A stretch of DNA of 64,000 bases from Candidatus Saccharimonadota bacterium (GCA_017652765.1 JAGCAJ010000008.1:9230-73229), one strand, 5' to 3'; positions 46,405 through 56,672 are shown, counted from the first letter of the stretch. Program-made: numbers and translations. The notes: generated from the sequence alone by a model not told the origin.

Positions 46405-47278
46405 ATCTTTTGGATTTTTTGGCTTTGGTATTTGGCTTTTTGATAATGAGGAATGTGATTAGGCTACCAACAAATATACCAAGCACGGCGACGACAGCAA
46501 CAAGGCTAGCTGTCATAGCTTCTGGGGGGATATTAATAGAGCCAATAGAAGATGTTGTGATGGTGGAAAGAGAGGTTGCTTCGGATACTGCGCCAAGAGG
46601 CTCCGCGAAGGCGGATTCGGCAGAGTTGTCGTCTGCGGTAGAATGACTGTTTTCTATGGCAACAACTTCATTTTCTAGCTTTTCGTAGGCGATAGAAGAT
46701 TCGGAAGTGGCGATACTAGTAGCGCCGTCTTCGTCTTCGAAGAGAAGCGAGATTTTGTCGGAAACGTTGCCAGCTTCAGGGGAAAGTTTGTAGCGAAGAT
46801 AGACTTTGTTGCTACTAGTGCTGGCTGGGCCTAGACGTAAGGCGTTGTCTAATTTGTATGTACCATTGTCAACAGTGCCGGATATTTCCATCCAGGCGGA
46901 TGAGCTAGCGGAATACGAATATTCTATGCTTCCCTGGTCAAAGGAGATAAAACCGGTATTTTTACTATCGTTGATACGGGAGGCGATACTAGTGAGATAG
47001 ACTGGGATGTGGCTACTTTTGTTCTCTATTACGGTTAGGTAGGCTAAATGATCTCCGGCATCTTTGACCTGGGTACTAGTAGAAATAGCAGAAGAATATG
47101 CCGTACCAGACCAGATAGAAGGTACACCTTTGTCGTCAGACAAAGAAGCCCGACTTACTAAGTCGGACATATTAATAACTGATTGTGCGGTAAACCCTGC
47201 GAAAGCTACGAAAGCGGTTGTTGCGACTATGCCCACTATCGTCATTTTCTTTGATATAGAAGATATATTTATACCCAT
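46403..47278 (-). CDS. Hypothetical exported protein with C-terminal TM anchor
   Basis: N-terminal signal-like segment, Ser-rich beta-type domain, C-terminal TM plus basic tail. Confidence 0.7.
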   Translation of the reverse strand: MGINISSISKKMTIVGIVATTAFVAFAGFTAQSVINMSDLVSRASLSDDKGVPSIWSGTAYSSAISTSTQVKDAGDHLAYLTVIENKSSHIPVYLTSIASRINDSKNTGFISFDQGSIEYSYSASSSAWMEISGTVDNGTYKLDNALRLGPASTSSNKVYLRYKLSPEAGNVSDKISLLFEDEDGATSIATSESSIAYEKLENEVVAIENSHSTADDNSAESAFAEPLGAVSEATSLSTITTSSIGSINIPPEAMTASLVAVVAVLGIFVGSLITFLIIKKPNTKAKKSKR

Positions 47279-47291
47279 TATACTTTATATT

Positions 47292-48098
47292 CTATGACTT
47301 TTTGGATTTTTTAGCAATAGAATTATTAAGTTCGCCATCGTCAGCGTAGTCTTCTAGATCGTGGCGCAAGGCTTTGTTATCTTGTTCTAGGACACTTTGG
47401 CGACCAAGTAGGCGCATAATGTTTTCTTGTTGCTTATAAAGAATGGCAAATATTACCGCGCCAATTGCTACGAGAACTACGACGAGACCAATATTGCCCT
47501 CGCTAAGACCTGTGCCGATAACGTTATTTCCTACAACTGCGGGTAGGCGACCGAGGGCAAAAATAACAATAAGTTTTTTGATTGGGACGTCTGTAAGTCC
47601 GGCAACGTAACAAACGATGTCGTCCGGGAGGCCCGGGATAAGGAAAATTAGAAATAGAATAACACTAGCACGTTTACCAATGACAAAATCGAATTTGTCT
47701 AGAGATTCTTTTTTGACTAGTTTCTCTACGAGAGCACGACCGAAGTGGCGCGAGACCCAGAATACCAGTGTTGCGCCGATAGTCGCGCCGATAGTAGTCC
47801 ATAAAATTCCCCACCAGCCAAAGAGTAGACCACCGATAGCGCCAACGGCGTTACCCGGAATCGGGGCAACTACGGTTTGGAGAATTTGTAGGCCAATGTA
47901 GGCGAGCGGGCCAAGCGGGCCGAGGCTGTCGACAATTCTGATTAGTTCTTCACGGTTATTGAAAAGCTGGGTGAGTGGACCGCCGGCGACGATGTCCCAA
48001 ATGAGATATGTGGCGGCTAGTATAATAATGGCGACAACAAGAGCAACCTCAATTTTGAGTTTTTTGCTAATACGTTTTTTGAAAACTTGATCTGCCAT
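47292..48098 (-). CDS. TVP38/TMEM64 (DedA/SNARE-associated) membrane protein
   Basis: LQTVVAPIPG, FWVSRHFGR, FLIPGLPDDIVCYVAGL. Confidence 0.9.
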   Translation of the reverse strand: MADQVFKKRISKKLKIEVALVVAIIILAATYLIWDIVAGGPLTQLFNNREELIRIVDSLGPLGPLAYIGLQILQTVVAPIPGNAVGAIGGLLFGWWGILWTTIGATIGATLVFWVSRHFGRALVEKLVKKESLDKFDFVIGKRASVILFLIFLIPGLPDDIVCYVAGLTDVPIKKLIVIFALGRLPAVVGNNVIGTGLSEGNIGLVVVLVAIGAVIFAILYKQQENIMRLLGRQSVLEQDNKALRHDLEDYADDGELNNSIAKKSKKS

Positions 48099-48118
48099 AC
48101 ATATATATTATATATGTA

Positions 48119-49636
48119 TTATTTGGCATATTCAACGGCGCGAGTCTCACGGATGACATTAACCTTAATCACGCCAGGATAGCTCATGGTAGCTTCAATC
48201 TTGTTGGCGATATCGCGGGCAAGTTTAAGAGCAGTGAGATCGTCGATCTGTTTTGGCTCGACGATGACGCGAACCTCGCGACCGGCAGAAATAGCATAGG
48301 CTTTGTCGATGCCCGGGAAGGACATAGCGATATTTTCTAGGTCACGCATACGCTCAGCGAAGTTCTCGGCGGAGATATTGCGAGCGCCTGGGCGGGCAGC
48401 AGAAATAGCGTCGCAAATCTTAACGATAACGGCCTCTGGAGTAGTTGGCTCGATATCGTCGTGATGTGCGGCAATAGCGTGGACGATTTCGTCGCCCATA
48501 CCATATTTCTTGGCGAGCTCAGCACCAATGTCGGCGTGTTTACCTTCGATTTTGTGTGTGACGGCTTTGCCGATGTCGTGCATCAAAGTAGCAGTCTTGG
48601 CGATACGCTTGTCTGCGCCAATTTCTTCGGCAATCATACCAGCCATATGAGCCATTTCGACGGAGTGTAGAAGTACATTCTGACCATAAGAAGTACGGAA
48701 TTTTAGTTCGCCAAGAAGGTGGATAAGCTCGCGCGGAATACCAACAAGGCCAACCTCGCGAACGGCGTCTTCGCCAGCGCGGACAACTTCTTTTTCGATT
48801 TCTTTTTCGCCCTTGGCGACGGCTTCTTCGATGGAAGATGGATTGATGCGACCGTCTTTCATTAAGCGCTCTAAAGCATACCTAGCAACTTGTCGGCGGA
48901 TTGGGTCGAAGCTAGACAGGACTACCATGCCCGGAGTGTCATCTACCATGATATCTACGCCAGTAGCGCGCTGAAGAGCTTGGATGTTTCTACCTTCTTT
49001 GCCGATAATACGGCCTTTCATTTCGTCGTCTGGGAGTTTAAGTGCGGTAATAGTGCGGTCCGCGGTGACTTCGGAAGACATGCGCTCCATAGCAGTAAGT
49101 AAAATAGCCTGGGCAGTCTCGTCGACGTCGTGTTTGATTTCTTTTTGTTCTTTGTTGACTAGGTTAACGAGGTCTTGTTTGATGTCGTTTTGGGTCATTT
49201 GCATAAGCTTGTCTTTTGCTTCTTGCTTGGACAGGCCAGCAATTTTCTCGAGCTTAGCGTGTTGCTTTTCGCGGATGTCGCGAATCTCGTTTTTTAGGCT
49301 TTCGATTTCTTTTTCTTGTTTAACTAGGCGCTCGGACTTTTTCTCGATTTGGTCGAGCTTATTATCTAGAGTAGTCTCACGCTCAGCGAGGCGGTTTTCT
49401 GTTCTTTTCCACTCTCTACGACGATCGTTCTCTTCGTTTTTGGACTTTTCTGCAATATCGGCAGCTTCTTTTCTGGCGCTCGAAACAATGTCAGAAGCCT
49501 CGTTTTTAGCTTTTCTAACTAAATCTTCAGCGCGGTTTTTACCACCGTTCTCGTTCTTTTTGTTATATGCGTAAACAGAGCCAGCCCCAGCGCCAATGCC
49601 AAGGATAGCCGCAATTACAATTATGGCAATCTCCAT
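48119..49636 (-). CDS. rny: Ribonuclease Y
   Basis: N-terminal TM, coiled coil, KH (KGRIIGKEGRNI), HD (RTSYGQNVLLHS, MHDIGK, DAISAARPGAR). Confidence 0.98.
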   Translation of the reverse strand: MEIAIIVIAAILGIGAGAGSVYAYNKKNENGGKNRAEDLVRKAKNEASDIVSSARKEAADIAEKSKNEENDRRREWKRTENRLAERETTLDNKLDQIEKKSERLVKQEKEIESLKNEIRDIREKQHAKLEKIAGLSKQEAKDKLMQMTQNDIKQDLVNLVNKEQKEIKHDVDETAQAILLTAMERMSSEVTADRTITALKLPDDEMKGRIIGKEGRNIQALQRATGVDIMVDDTPGMVVLSSFDPIRRQVARYALERLMKDGRINPSSIEEAVAKGEKEIEKEVVRAGEDAVREVGLVGIPRELIHLLGELKFRTSYGQNVLLHSVEMAHMAGMIAEEIGADKRIAKTATLMHDIGKAVTHKIEGKHADIGAELAKKYGMGDEIVHAIAAHHDDIEPTTPEAVIVKICDAISAARPGARNISAENFAERMRDLENIAMSFPGIDKAYAISAGREVRVIVEPKQIDDLTALKLARDIANKIEATMSYPGVIKVNVIRETRAVEYAK

Positions 49637-49740
49637 AATATACCTTTCTGTTTGCCGATATTTTCCTGATATCAGCGGGTTAACAAATATATAAAATAAT
49701 TTAAATTGATAATTCCAATTTAATTATACCACATTTTCTG

Positions 49741-50658
49741 CTATTCGTAATGGGAAATGTTGTTTGAGACCATGTTCTTGATAATCTGGATAGCTGTATC
49801 TTCTAGACCCTGCTCGGCGGCGTCTTGGGAGAAGTGGGCGGACGGAGCAGTATAGAAGTAGTTGTATTCGCCATAGGAATAGACTGGCTGGCCAAAGCTA
49901 ATGCCGGTGTCTTTGTCTTTGTCACCTTCGGCGGTAGCTACGCGAGTAATACAACCTAGGCCACCTGGGTTCTGGTCGATGTCGGCAAAGGCTGGGAAGT
50001 ATTTAATGCCGATTTTGTTGCCTGTAAAGCAAATTTGTGGGCGATATTTCTGGTCAAGAATGTAAGAGACGTTTTCTATGTCATCTGGAATCTTGAATTT
50101 AATTCCCCATTCCGTAATGTAGATGTTGCCCTTGACTGGGGCATAAGCAGGAACGTTATCTGGGGAAGTAATAGTAACACCGGTATCTTCTTCTACCTTG
50201 GCAATAATGGCGCCAGCGTTGTTTAATGCAACCTCGGCGGAGGCGAGCTTCTGGGAAGTGGTAATATTAGAGACTAGGCTCCAGATACCAAGAATGATGC
50301 CGACAAAAGCAAAAGCGCCGAAAATAATAGAAAGAAGCATGTAGGTTTTCATTTTTTGTTCTGGGGACATCTGAGACTTAGAAGAAGACATACCGCCTGG
50401 CATATTCTGAGGGTTAAGATTTGGGTTTTGCATACCGTCAAAATGGGTAGGTTCTAGAATAGGAGAAGCTAGAGGAACGCCGGTATTGTGTAGGGCTGGG
50501 CCAGAGGTAATTGGCGCGGTTGGTTGGCCGAATTGGCCTGGTTGGGGTTGATTATCAACAGATTGGGCTGGCTGATTCTGGTCCATAGCTGGCGGGAGCG
50601 ACGGGTCGATTGGTCGATTGCTCGGCTGTGGGCTAAAAGGTTGCATATTATTATCCAT
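49741..50658 (-). CDS. Hypothetical membrane protein with Pro/Gln-rich N-terminus
   Basis: 305-aa ORF, one TM, extracellular domain with two Cys. Confidence 0.75.
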   Translation of the reverse strand: MDNNMQPFSPQPSNRPIDPSLPPAMDQNQPAQSVDNQPQPGQFGQPTAPITSGPALHNTGVPLASPILEPTHFDGMQNPNLNPQNMPGGMSSSKSQMSPEQKMKTYMLLSIIFGAFAFVGIILGIWSLVSNITTSQKLASAEVALNNAGAIIAKVEEDTGVTITSPDNVPAYAPVKGNIYITEWGIKFKIPDDIENVSYILDQKYRPQICFTGNKIGIKYFPAFADIDQNPGGLGCITRVATAEGDKDKDTGISFGQPVYSYGEYNYFYTAPSAHFSQDAAEQGLEDTAIQIIKNMVSNNISHYE

Positions 50659-50710
50659 TAAAAAGTCCTCATATTATGACTTTATTATAACATACTGTGT
50701 AGGCTTATGG

Positions 50711-51043
50711 TTACTTTTTGGGTTGAGAAATATTGGCTTCTCTACCATAGTCTGGCAAGATGATTTGGTGTTTGTTACCACGATGGTCGTAAAGCGGGAT
50801 TTCTAGCTGATCGGCCAAAGCATTCACAATGGCGGCACCGATACGGAGGCCAGTAAAACTACCTGGGCCAGACATATACATAATTTCTGTAATATCATGC
50901 CAATCTTTTTGGTTTTCTGTGAGCTTTTCTTTGATAAATTCATGAAGTTTTTCGGCCATATCGCGACCAAGCTCGGCACGATATTCTTTGTCGTCAAGTT
51001 TAAGAATACAAGTTGGGGTAGATGTGTCTAGATAGAGTTTCAT
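50711..51043 (-). CDS. tsaB: t6A biosynthesis protein TsaB (short form)
   Basis: LYLDTST, SGPGSFTGLRIG; adjacent to tsaE. Confidence 0.85.
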   Translation of the reverse strand: MKLYLDTSTPTCILKLDDKEYRAELGRDMAEKLHEFIKEKLTENQKDWHDITEIMYMSGPGSFTGLRIGAAIVNALADQLEIPLYDHRGNKHQIILPDYGREANISQPKK

Positions 51044-51466
51044 TTAGGCTTTTTCCTCTTCTACGAGACGAGAGCCATCATCATTTAGTGTAATGCGATA
51101 AATTGTATGGTTTTTTGGTAAAAAATTGGCAACTGAATCGGCCCACTCTATAATGGTTATAGTATTTTGGTCGTTTAGCGATTCCGCCAAATCTTCCGCC
51201 ATGAGCCCGGGATCTTCTAGGCGATAAAAATCATAGTGAACAAGATACTGCTTTTGGTTATTTTTAGCAAAAGCATAATGATTAGAAATAGTGAAACTTG
51301 GAGATGTGACGGGAGATTTAATACCAAGGCCTTCTGCAATGCCACGAGTTAGGGTAGTCTTACCGCTACCGACATCGCCAACTAATTCAATAACGGCTGG
51401 GGCGTTTAGGTTTTTGCCGATTTTTCGGCCAAAAGAAATTAGTTCTGCTTCTGTTGCAAAATTCAT
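51044..51466 (-). CDS. tsaE: t6A biosynthesis ATPase TsaE
   Basis: GDVGSGKTT, VTSPSF, HYDFYRL, IIEWAD. Confidence 0.95.
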   Translation of the reverse strand: MNFATEAELISFGRKIGKNLNAPAVIELVGDVGSGKTTLTRGIAEGLGIKSPVTSPSFTISNHYAFAKNNQKQYLVHYDFYRLEDPGLMAEDLAESLNDQNTITIIEWADSVANFLPKNHTIYRITLNDDGSRLVEEEKA

Positions 51467-51502
51467 ATTATCATTTTAACAGAAAAACTAGTTTTGTCAA
51501 GA

Positions 51503-53131
51503 TTAGATGACGCGAGCGACTTCGTCTAGAGTAGTCTGGCCACGCAGAGCAGCAATAACGCCTTTTTGTTCTAGAGTTAACATACCGTTTTGTTTGGCTG
51601 CAGATTCGATAGCGTTAGTATTAATGTCTTTAACATCGCCACGAATGAAGGCTTGAATATCTTCTGTGACGATTAGCTGTTCCATAATAACGTCGCGACC
51701 TTTGTAGCCGAATGGAACTTCTGGAGATGGAACTGGTTTGTAGAGGGTAACATTATCTAGGTCTACGCCGTATTCTTTGAGAGCTTCTGGAGAAACGCCT
51801 TCGAAGACGCGATTGATGTACTTCATGGTGGCTTCATCTGGCTGATAGGCTTCTTTGTTGTCGGCAAGTTTGCGCACCAGGCGCTGAGCAATAATAAGAC
51901 GGACGGAGCTAGAGAAAATTGGGTTAGTACCAATCATATCGATCATACGAGAGAAGGCGGCGGAAGTAGAGTTGGCGTGGAAGGAAGACAGCACTAAATG
52001 GCCAGTGATAGAGGCCTGGATGGCGGTACGAGCAGTATCGGTATCGCGAATCTCGCCAACCATTACGACATCAGGATCGAGACGGAGAACGGAACGGAGA
52101 CCGTCGGCAAAGCTACCGCCCTCGGTGGTATTGATTGGAATTTGGGAAATACCGGTAATGCCATATTCGATTGGGTCCTCTAGGGTAATAATCTTTCTAT
52201 CGGTGGTATTAAGCGCATTGATGATAGAGTATAGAGTGGTAGATTTACCAGAACCAGTAGGACCGACCATCAGGACGAGGCCACGCGGATGAGAAACGAC
52301 CTCGTTGATCTCGGCGAGCTCCTTTTCTCCGAGACCAAGCAAGTCAAGATTAAGCAAGGATTCGTCAAAGTTAAAGAGACGGAGTACGGCGTCTTGACCG
52401 TACATCGTAGGAATCATCTCAACACGGATATTCAAAAGGTGAGTGTTACCGTCACGATAGATATCCATCTGCATATGGCCGGATTGAGGCTCACGCGAGG
52501 CGGTGGAAACATTGGCGCGAGAGGAAAGCTCGCCCATAAAGACACGATAGCGATCGCGATTAATAGTGGCAACAGGGTGGAGCAAACCATCTACACGCAT
52601 ACGAATACGGATGCTGTCGCGAAGATTCTCGATGTGAATATCGGAAGCACCGAGGCGGTCGGCCTGATCTAGAAGATAGTCAAAAACACGGTCCGTAGCA
52701 ACTTCGTTTAGAACTTTAGAAACGGAAGCAAGGGTCTCCGAATCGCCTTCACCAGCGATGGTAATGTCGTCATAGTGAGTCTCCTGTGGCGGGTCATAAC
52801 GAAGCATAAACACGCGATAAGCAGAGTCAGTAATTAGGAAGAAATCGGCGTGCTCACCCTTGTCGTTGTATTCTTTGCGCATTTTATCGATGATAGAACG
52901 AGGAGTCTGGGATGTAACCATGAACTGATAATGCTCGCCATCGCCACCTTTGTGAAGCGGGAGGACAAAATCGCGGTGCATTTCTTCTTTGGATAAGACG
53001 CCTAGAGTCAGAGGAAGGTCGTTTTCAAAGTTGCGAGTATCGAGATATGGCAAACCAAGAATCCGCGCGCGGGAAGCGGCAGCGCTCTCTTCGTTTTCTC
53101 GGCGTTTAGTTTGGATTTCTTGTTCGTCCAT
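51503..53131 (-). CDS. GspE/PilB family type IV pilus assembly ATPase
   Basis: ASDIHIE, RMRVDGLL, GPTGSGKSTTLY, TLEDPIEY, LRLDPDVVMVGEIRD, TGHLVLSSFH. Confidence 0.93.
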   Translation of the reverse strand: MDEQEIQTKRRENEESAAASRARILGLPYLDTRNFENDLPLTLGVLSKEEMHRDFVLPLHKGGDGEHYQFMVTSQTPRSIIDKMRKEYNDKGEHADFFLITDSAYRVFMLRYDPPQETHYDDITIAGEGDSETLASVSKVLNEVATDRVFDYLLDQADRLGASDIHIENLRDSIRIRMRVDGLLHPVATINRDRYRVFMGELSSRANVSTASREPQSGHMQMDIYRDGNTHLLNIRVEMIPTMYGQDAVLRLFNFDESLLNLDLLGLGEKELAEINEVVSHPRGLVLMVGPTGSGKSTTLYSIINALNTTDRKIITLEDPIEYGITGISQIPINTTEGGSFADGLRSVLRLDPDVVMVGEIRDTDTARTAIQASITGHLVLSSFHANSTSAAFSRMIDMIGTNPIFSSSVRLIIAQRLVRKLADNKEAYQPDEATMKYINRVFEGVSPEALKEYGVDLDNVTLYKPVPSPEVPFGYKGRDVIMEQLIVTEDIQAFIRGDVKDINTNAIESAAKQNGMLTLEQKGVIAALRGQTTLDEVARVI

Positions 53132-53159
53132 TAAGAATAATTATAACACTTATGATAAA

Positions 53160-53729
53160 TTAGGACAATCTCTTTGCGGAATTTTGGCTAAGTCGAGCGA
53201 GGTAGTTAGCGTAGTAAGAAATACGGTCTTTGTTGAATTTTTCTTTAGTGCCCCAAAAACCAATAACGGCATAGACCTCGGCGGTGAGAATCCTAAAGCA
53301 GAACTCAAGAAGATTCAAATTAAAATTGCTCCAGCCCTTCATAATTATAGGGCGGAAAATAGTGATTATGCTAAAAATTGGCGTGGGATTTTGGCAACGA
53401 AAACTCGTTCTATAATAGTCGCGATTTTTGTAAACGAAATGCAAAATTTTAGCATAAGCGATTTCTAAACTGCAATTCTGACGCGATACTTCGTGACGCA
53501 AATCCTTAATATTAGAATCGTATTTGTGGCTAAACTGAGTAATGGCGTCGTCAAGATTATCATAGTGGTCATAAAAAGTAGAGTCCCAGACTTTGGCCTC
53601 ACGGCTAAGATCGGGGACGCATAACCTAGCTATGTAATTTTTGCGAAGAAATTTGGCCAGAGCATGCTCTAGCTTTTCTTGAACTTTTAGAAAGCGGACG
53701 TCATTACGATTTTTAATCGAATGTCCCAT
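53160..53729 (-). CDS. TetR/AcrR-like transcriptional regulator
   Basis: HTH-like VPDLSREAKVWDSTFYDHY near the N-terminus; helical C-domain. Confidence 0.7.
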   Translation of the reverse strand: MGHSIKNRNDVRFLKVQEKLEHALAKFLRKNYIARLCVPDLSREAKVWDSTFYDHYDNLDDAITQFSHKYDSNIKDLRHEVSRQNCSLEIAYAKILHFVYKNRDYYRTSFRCQNPTPIFSIITIFRPIIMKGWSNFNLNLLEFCFRILTAEVYAVIGFWGTKEKFNKDRISYYANYLARLSQNSAKRLS

Positions 53730-53807
53730 AATGCTTATAATTATACCTCATTTTAGTATTTTTGTCAAAATATGTTAAAAATAAGTCGCTTATGATATAA
53801 TTTGATT

Positions 53808-54185
53808 ATGTTTATGGTCGACCTACTACAGTGGTGGTATTTCCGTGGATGGGGCGTGTTTTTTAGCGGACTAAAGACCAAGCTGGGTGACACTGCGGAT
53901 TTATTTTCTATCGGGGACATGTTTAGAACCTTGTTCAAACCGTTTAGACAGATTTCTGCGGGAGCGTCGGGGAGTGAAGCGCTAGACGCAAAAATGGCAC
54001 AGTTTTTTGATAGGCTAATTTCTAGAATTGTAGGGATGTTTGCTAGATTAACAATTATTCTGGCGGGGACAGTCGTACTTATCTTGGAGCTAATATTTGG
54101 AACTATACTAATGATACTGTGGCCAGTAGTGCCACTATTGCCGGTATGTGGCATAGTATTAATGATAATGGGGGTAACATTCTAA
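53808..54185 (+). CDS. Small membrane protein coupled to the Clp ATPase
   Basis: WWYFRGW motif, C-terminal TMs; TAATG overlap with the ATPase start; start moved to 53808. Confidence 0.8.
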   Translation: MFMVDLLQWWYFRGWGVFFSGLKTKLGDTADLFSIGDMFRTLFKPFRQISAGASGSEALDAKMAQFFDRLISRIVGMFARLTIILAGTVVLILELIFGTILMILWPVVPLLPVCGIVLMIMGVTF

Positions 54186-56587
54186 TGGAAGAAATGAATT
54201 TTAATTATAATTCCCTGCGCGCAAGAAATGCTAGACGTGGGAAAGTTTTTGGCAAACCGTCTATGCTTTTTGTGATGACGCTAGTGCTTATTGTAAGTGC
54301 GATTGGCGGGGTGACTTTAATCGTAATGCGTATGGCGGTGGGCTGGATTTGTATTAGCCTAGCAGTTATCGTATTAATGATAATTTATTGGACAAAGAAA
54401 GAGCTAATTACTGTGCCAGTAAACGAGAGGCGTGGGATAAATGGACTTTTGTCTAATGATGTACTAGGAGCGATGCCAAGAAATCCGCATGTGAAAGATC
54501 TTCCTGCAGTGATAGCAAAGACTAATAGTGGAAAATTCTTGCATGTACGATATGGGATTTCTAAACAGCTATTAGAGGAAGTTGCGTCGATGTTACCACC
54601 GGAAGTCGGGCCGATTTTCCAGACGGCAAAGAAAATCCAGGAAGGCACAAATTCCGAAGAAATACATGGGGCGATTCTAGCGACATCAATACTGGCTAAT
54701 TATCCGAATAGTGAAATGCTACTAAAACAAATGCGCCTAGAAATGGTGGATATTCTAGACGGGATTGTGTGGTTTAACTATCTAAACGGCCTGGTTAGAA
54801 ATATGAACATACATAGACATACAGGCGGGATTGGTAGAGATTTGTCTTTTGGATATATCCCAACGTTACAAAGATTTGGGCAAAATATTTCCGTAGTGGG
54901 CAAGGGGGCAATGCGAACACAGTTGCATCTTTCTGAACACAAAGAAATCCTAGCAAAAATGACAGAAATTTTTTCTAATAATGGCCGACAAAATGTGGCA
55001 CTAGTTGGGCCGGATGGAAGTGGCCGAGCTACAATCGTAAATGCATTTGCGGAATATCTAATGGACGCAGATAGCAAGCTTCCGGAGAGATTAAAATATC
55101 GTCAAATATTTAGACTTGACGCGGGAGCAATACTGAGCGCGGGGGCCGAGCGCGGTCAAACAGAAGCACTAGTAATGCGCATACTAGGCGAAGCATATGC
55201 GGCAAAGAATATTATTATTTGGCTAGAAAATGCAGAGTTGTTCTTTGAAGATGGAACGGGGAGCGTAGATATTTCTAACGTGCTTCTACCAGTACTAGAG
55301 GGTGGAAGAATGAGGATGATTCTAACAATGGATAGGCAGAGATTCTTAGAAATTTCTGCAAAAAAACCAGCGCTGGCTAACGCACTAAATAAAATTATGG
55401 TAACGCCAGCAAACGAGGAAGAAACCATGAAGGTGATGCAAGACCAGGTGCCAGTATTAGAATATAGCCACAAAGTATCTTATACAATTTGGGCGCTAAA
55501 AGAAGCTTATAGGTTAAGCGAAAGATATGTACATGACCTAGAGATGCCAGGAAGAGCATTAGCGCTACTTGATGCATCGGGCGCTTATGCCAACCAATAT
55601 AAATTAGTAACGGCGGAAAGCGTACAAAAAGCAATTGAAAAAACGGCTGGCGTAAAAATGCAACAGACAGCCACGGCGGACGACAAGGCAAGATTGCTCA
55701 ATATGGAAGACCTTATTCATACTAGAATGATTGACCAAGTGCAAGCCGTAAAAACTGTGTCTGATGCGCTACGTCGTTCGGCGGCGGGAGTACGAAACGA
55801 GAAACGACCGATTGGAACTTTCCTATTCTTGGGGCCTACGGGCGTAGGTAAAACAGAATTAGCAAAAGCAGTATCGGAAGTCTATTTTGAAGGCGAGAAA
55901 AATATCGTACGGGTAGACTTAAACGAGTTCGTGCGAGCGGAAGACGTAGCAAGATTGATCGCCGACGGAGCAGAAGACAGTATGAGTTTAACGGCGCAAG
56001 TGTCAAAACAGCCGTTTGCGGTAGTATTGCTCGACGAAATCGAAAAAGCGCATCCACAAGTTTTGACAACGTTACTGCAAATGCTAGATGAGGGGATTTT
56101 GCGCGACAGTAAAGGTAGAGAAATATCGTTCCGCGATACGATTGTAATTGCAACGAGCAACGCAGGCGCAGAAAAAATCCGTGAATATGTTAATAACGGC
56201 GTGTCGCTTGATTCTGTAAAAGACGATTTTATGAATTGGCTGATGAGTACAGAGATGTTTAAGCCGGAATTTCTGAACCGGTTTGATGAAGTGTGCTTGT
56301 TTAAGCCACTTTCCCCGGCGGATTGTCTGGCGGTATTAGATCTGCTAATTGCGGGAGTAAACAAAACTCTAGCACCACAAAAAATTGGCGTAGTATTAAA
56401 CCAGGATGCAAAAGAATTATTAGTACAGCGCGGATATGACCCACAACTAGGGGCTAGACCGATGAAGCGCATAGTACAAAAGACTGTAGAAAACATCGTA
56501 GCAAAGGCAATGCTAGCCGGACAGGCGGGGAGCGGAATGACAATTACAGTGACACGCGAGATGATCGAATCGGAGCTAGGGCAATAA
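54185..56587 (+). CDS. Membrane-anchored ClpA/B/C-family AAA+ ATPase
   Basis: Two N-terminal TMs; NBD2 FLFLGPTGVGKTELAK, LLDEIEKAHP, FKPEFLNRFD, GARPMKR; NBD1 degenerate. Confidence 0.88.
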   Translation: MEEMNFNYNSLRARNARRGKVFGKPSMLFVMTLVLIVSAIGGVTLIVMRMAVGWICISLAVIVLMIIYWTKKELITVPVNERRGINGLLSNDVLGAMPRNPHVKDLPAVIAKTNSGKFLHVRYGISKQLLEEVASMLPPEVGPIFQTAKKIQEGTNSEEIHGAILATSILANYPNSEMLLKQMRLEMVDILDGIVWFNYLNGLVRNMNIHRHTGGIGRDLSFGYIPTLQRFGQNISVVGKGAMRTQLHLSEHKEILAKMTEIFSNNGRQNVALVGPDGSGRATIVNAFAEYLMDADSKLPERLKYRQIFRLDAGAILSAGAERGQTEALVMRILGEAYAAKNIIIWLENAELFFEDGTGSVDISNVLLPVLEGGRMRMILTMDRQRFLEISAKKPALANALNKIMVTPANEEETMKVMQDQVPVLEYSHKVSYTIWALKEAYRLSERYVHDLEMPGRALALLDASGAYANQYKLVTAESVQKAIEKTAGVKMQQTATADDKARLLNMEDLIHTRMIDQVQAVKTVSDALRRSAAGVRNEKRPIGTFLFLGPTGVGKTELAKAVSEVYFEGEKNIVRVDLNEFVRAEDVARLIADGAEDSMSLTAQVSKQPFAVVLLDEIEKAHPQVLTTLLQMLDEGILRDSKGREISFRDTIVIATSNAGAEKIREYVNNGVSLDSVKDDFMNWLMSTEMFKPEFLNRFDEVCLFKPLSPADCLAVLDLLIAGVNKTLAPQKIGVVLNQDAKELLVQRGYDPQLGARPMKRIVQKTVENIVAKAMLAGQAGSGMTITVTREMIESELGQ

Positions 56588-56595
56588 AAAAGACC

Positions 56596-56672
56596 TGGTA
56601 CCGTCGGAGGGATTCGAACCCACGACCCCTTGTTCCGAAGACAAGTGCTCTAATCCACTGAGCTACGACGGC
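56596..56672 (-). tRNA. tRNA-Arg (UCG)
   Basis: Anticodon arm CTTGT-CT TCG GA-ACAAG; encoded CCA. Confidence 0.93.
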
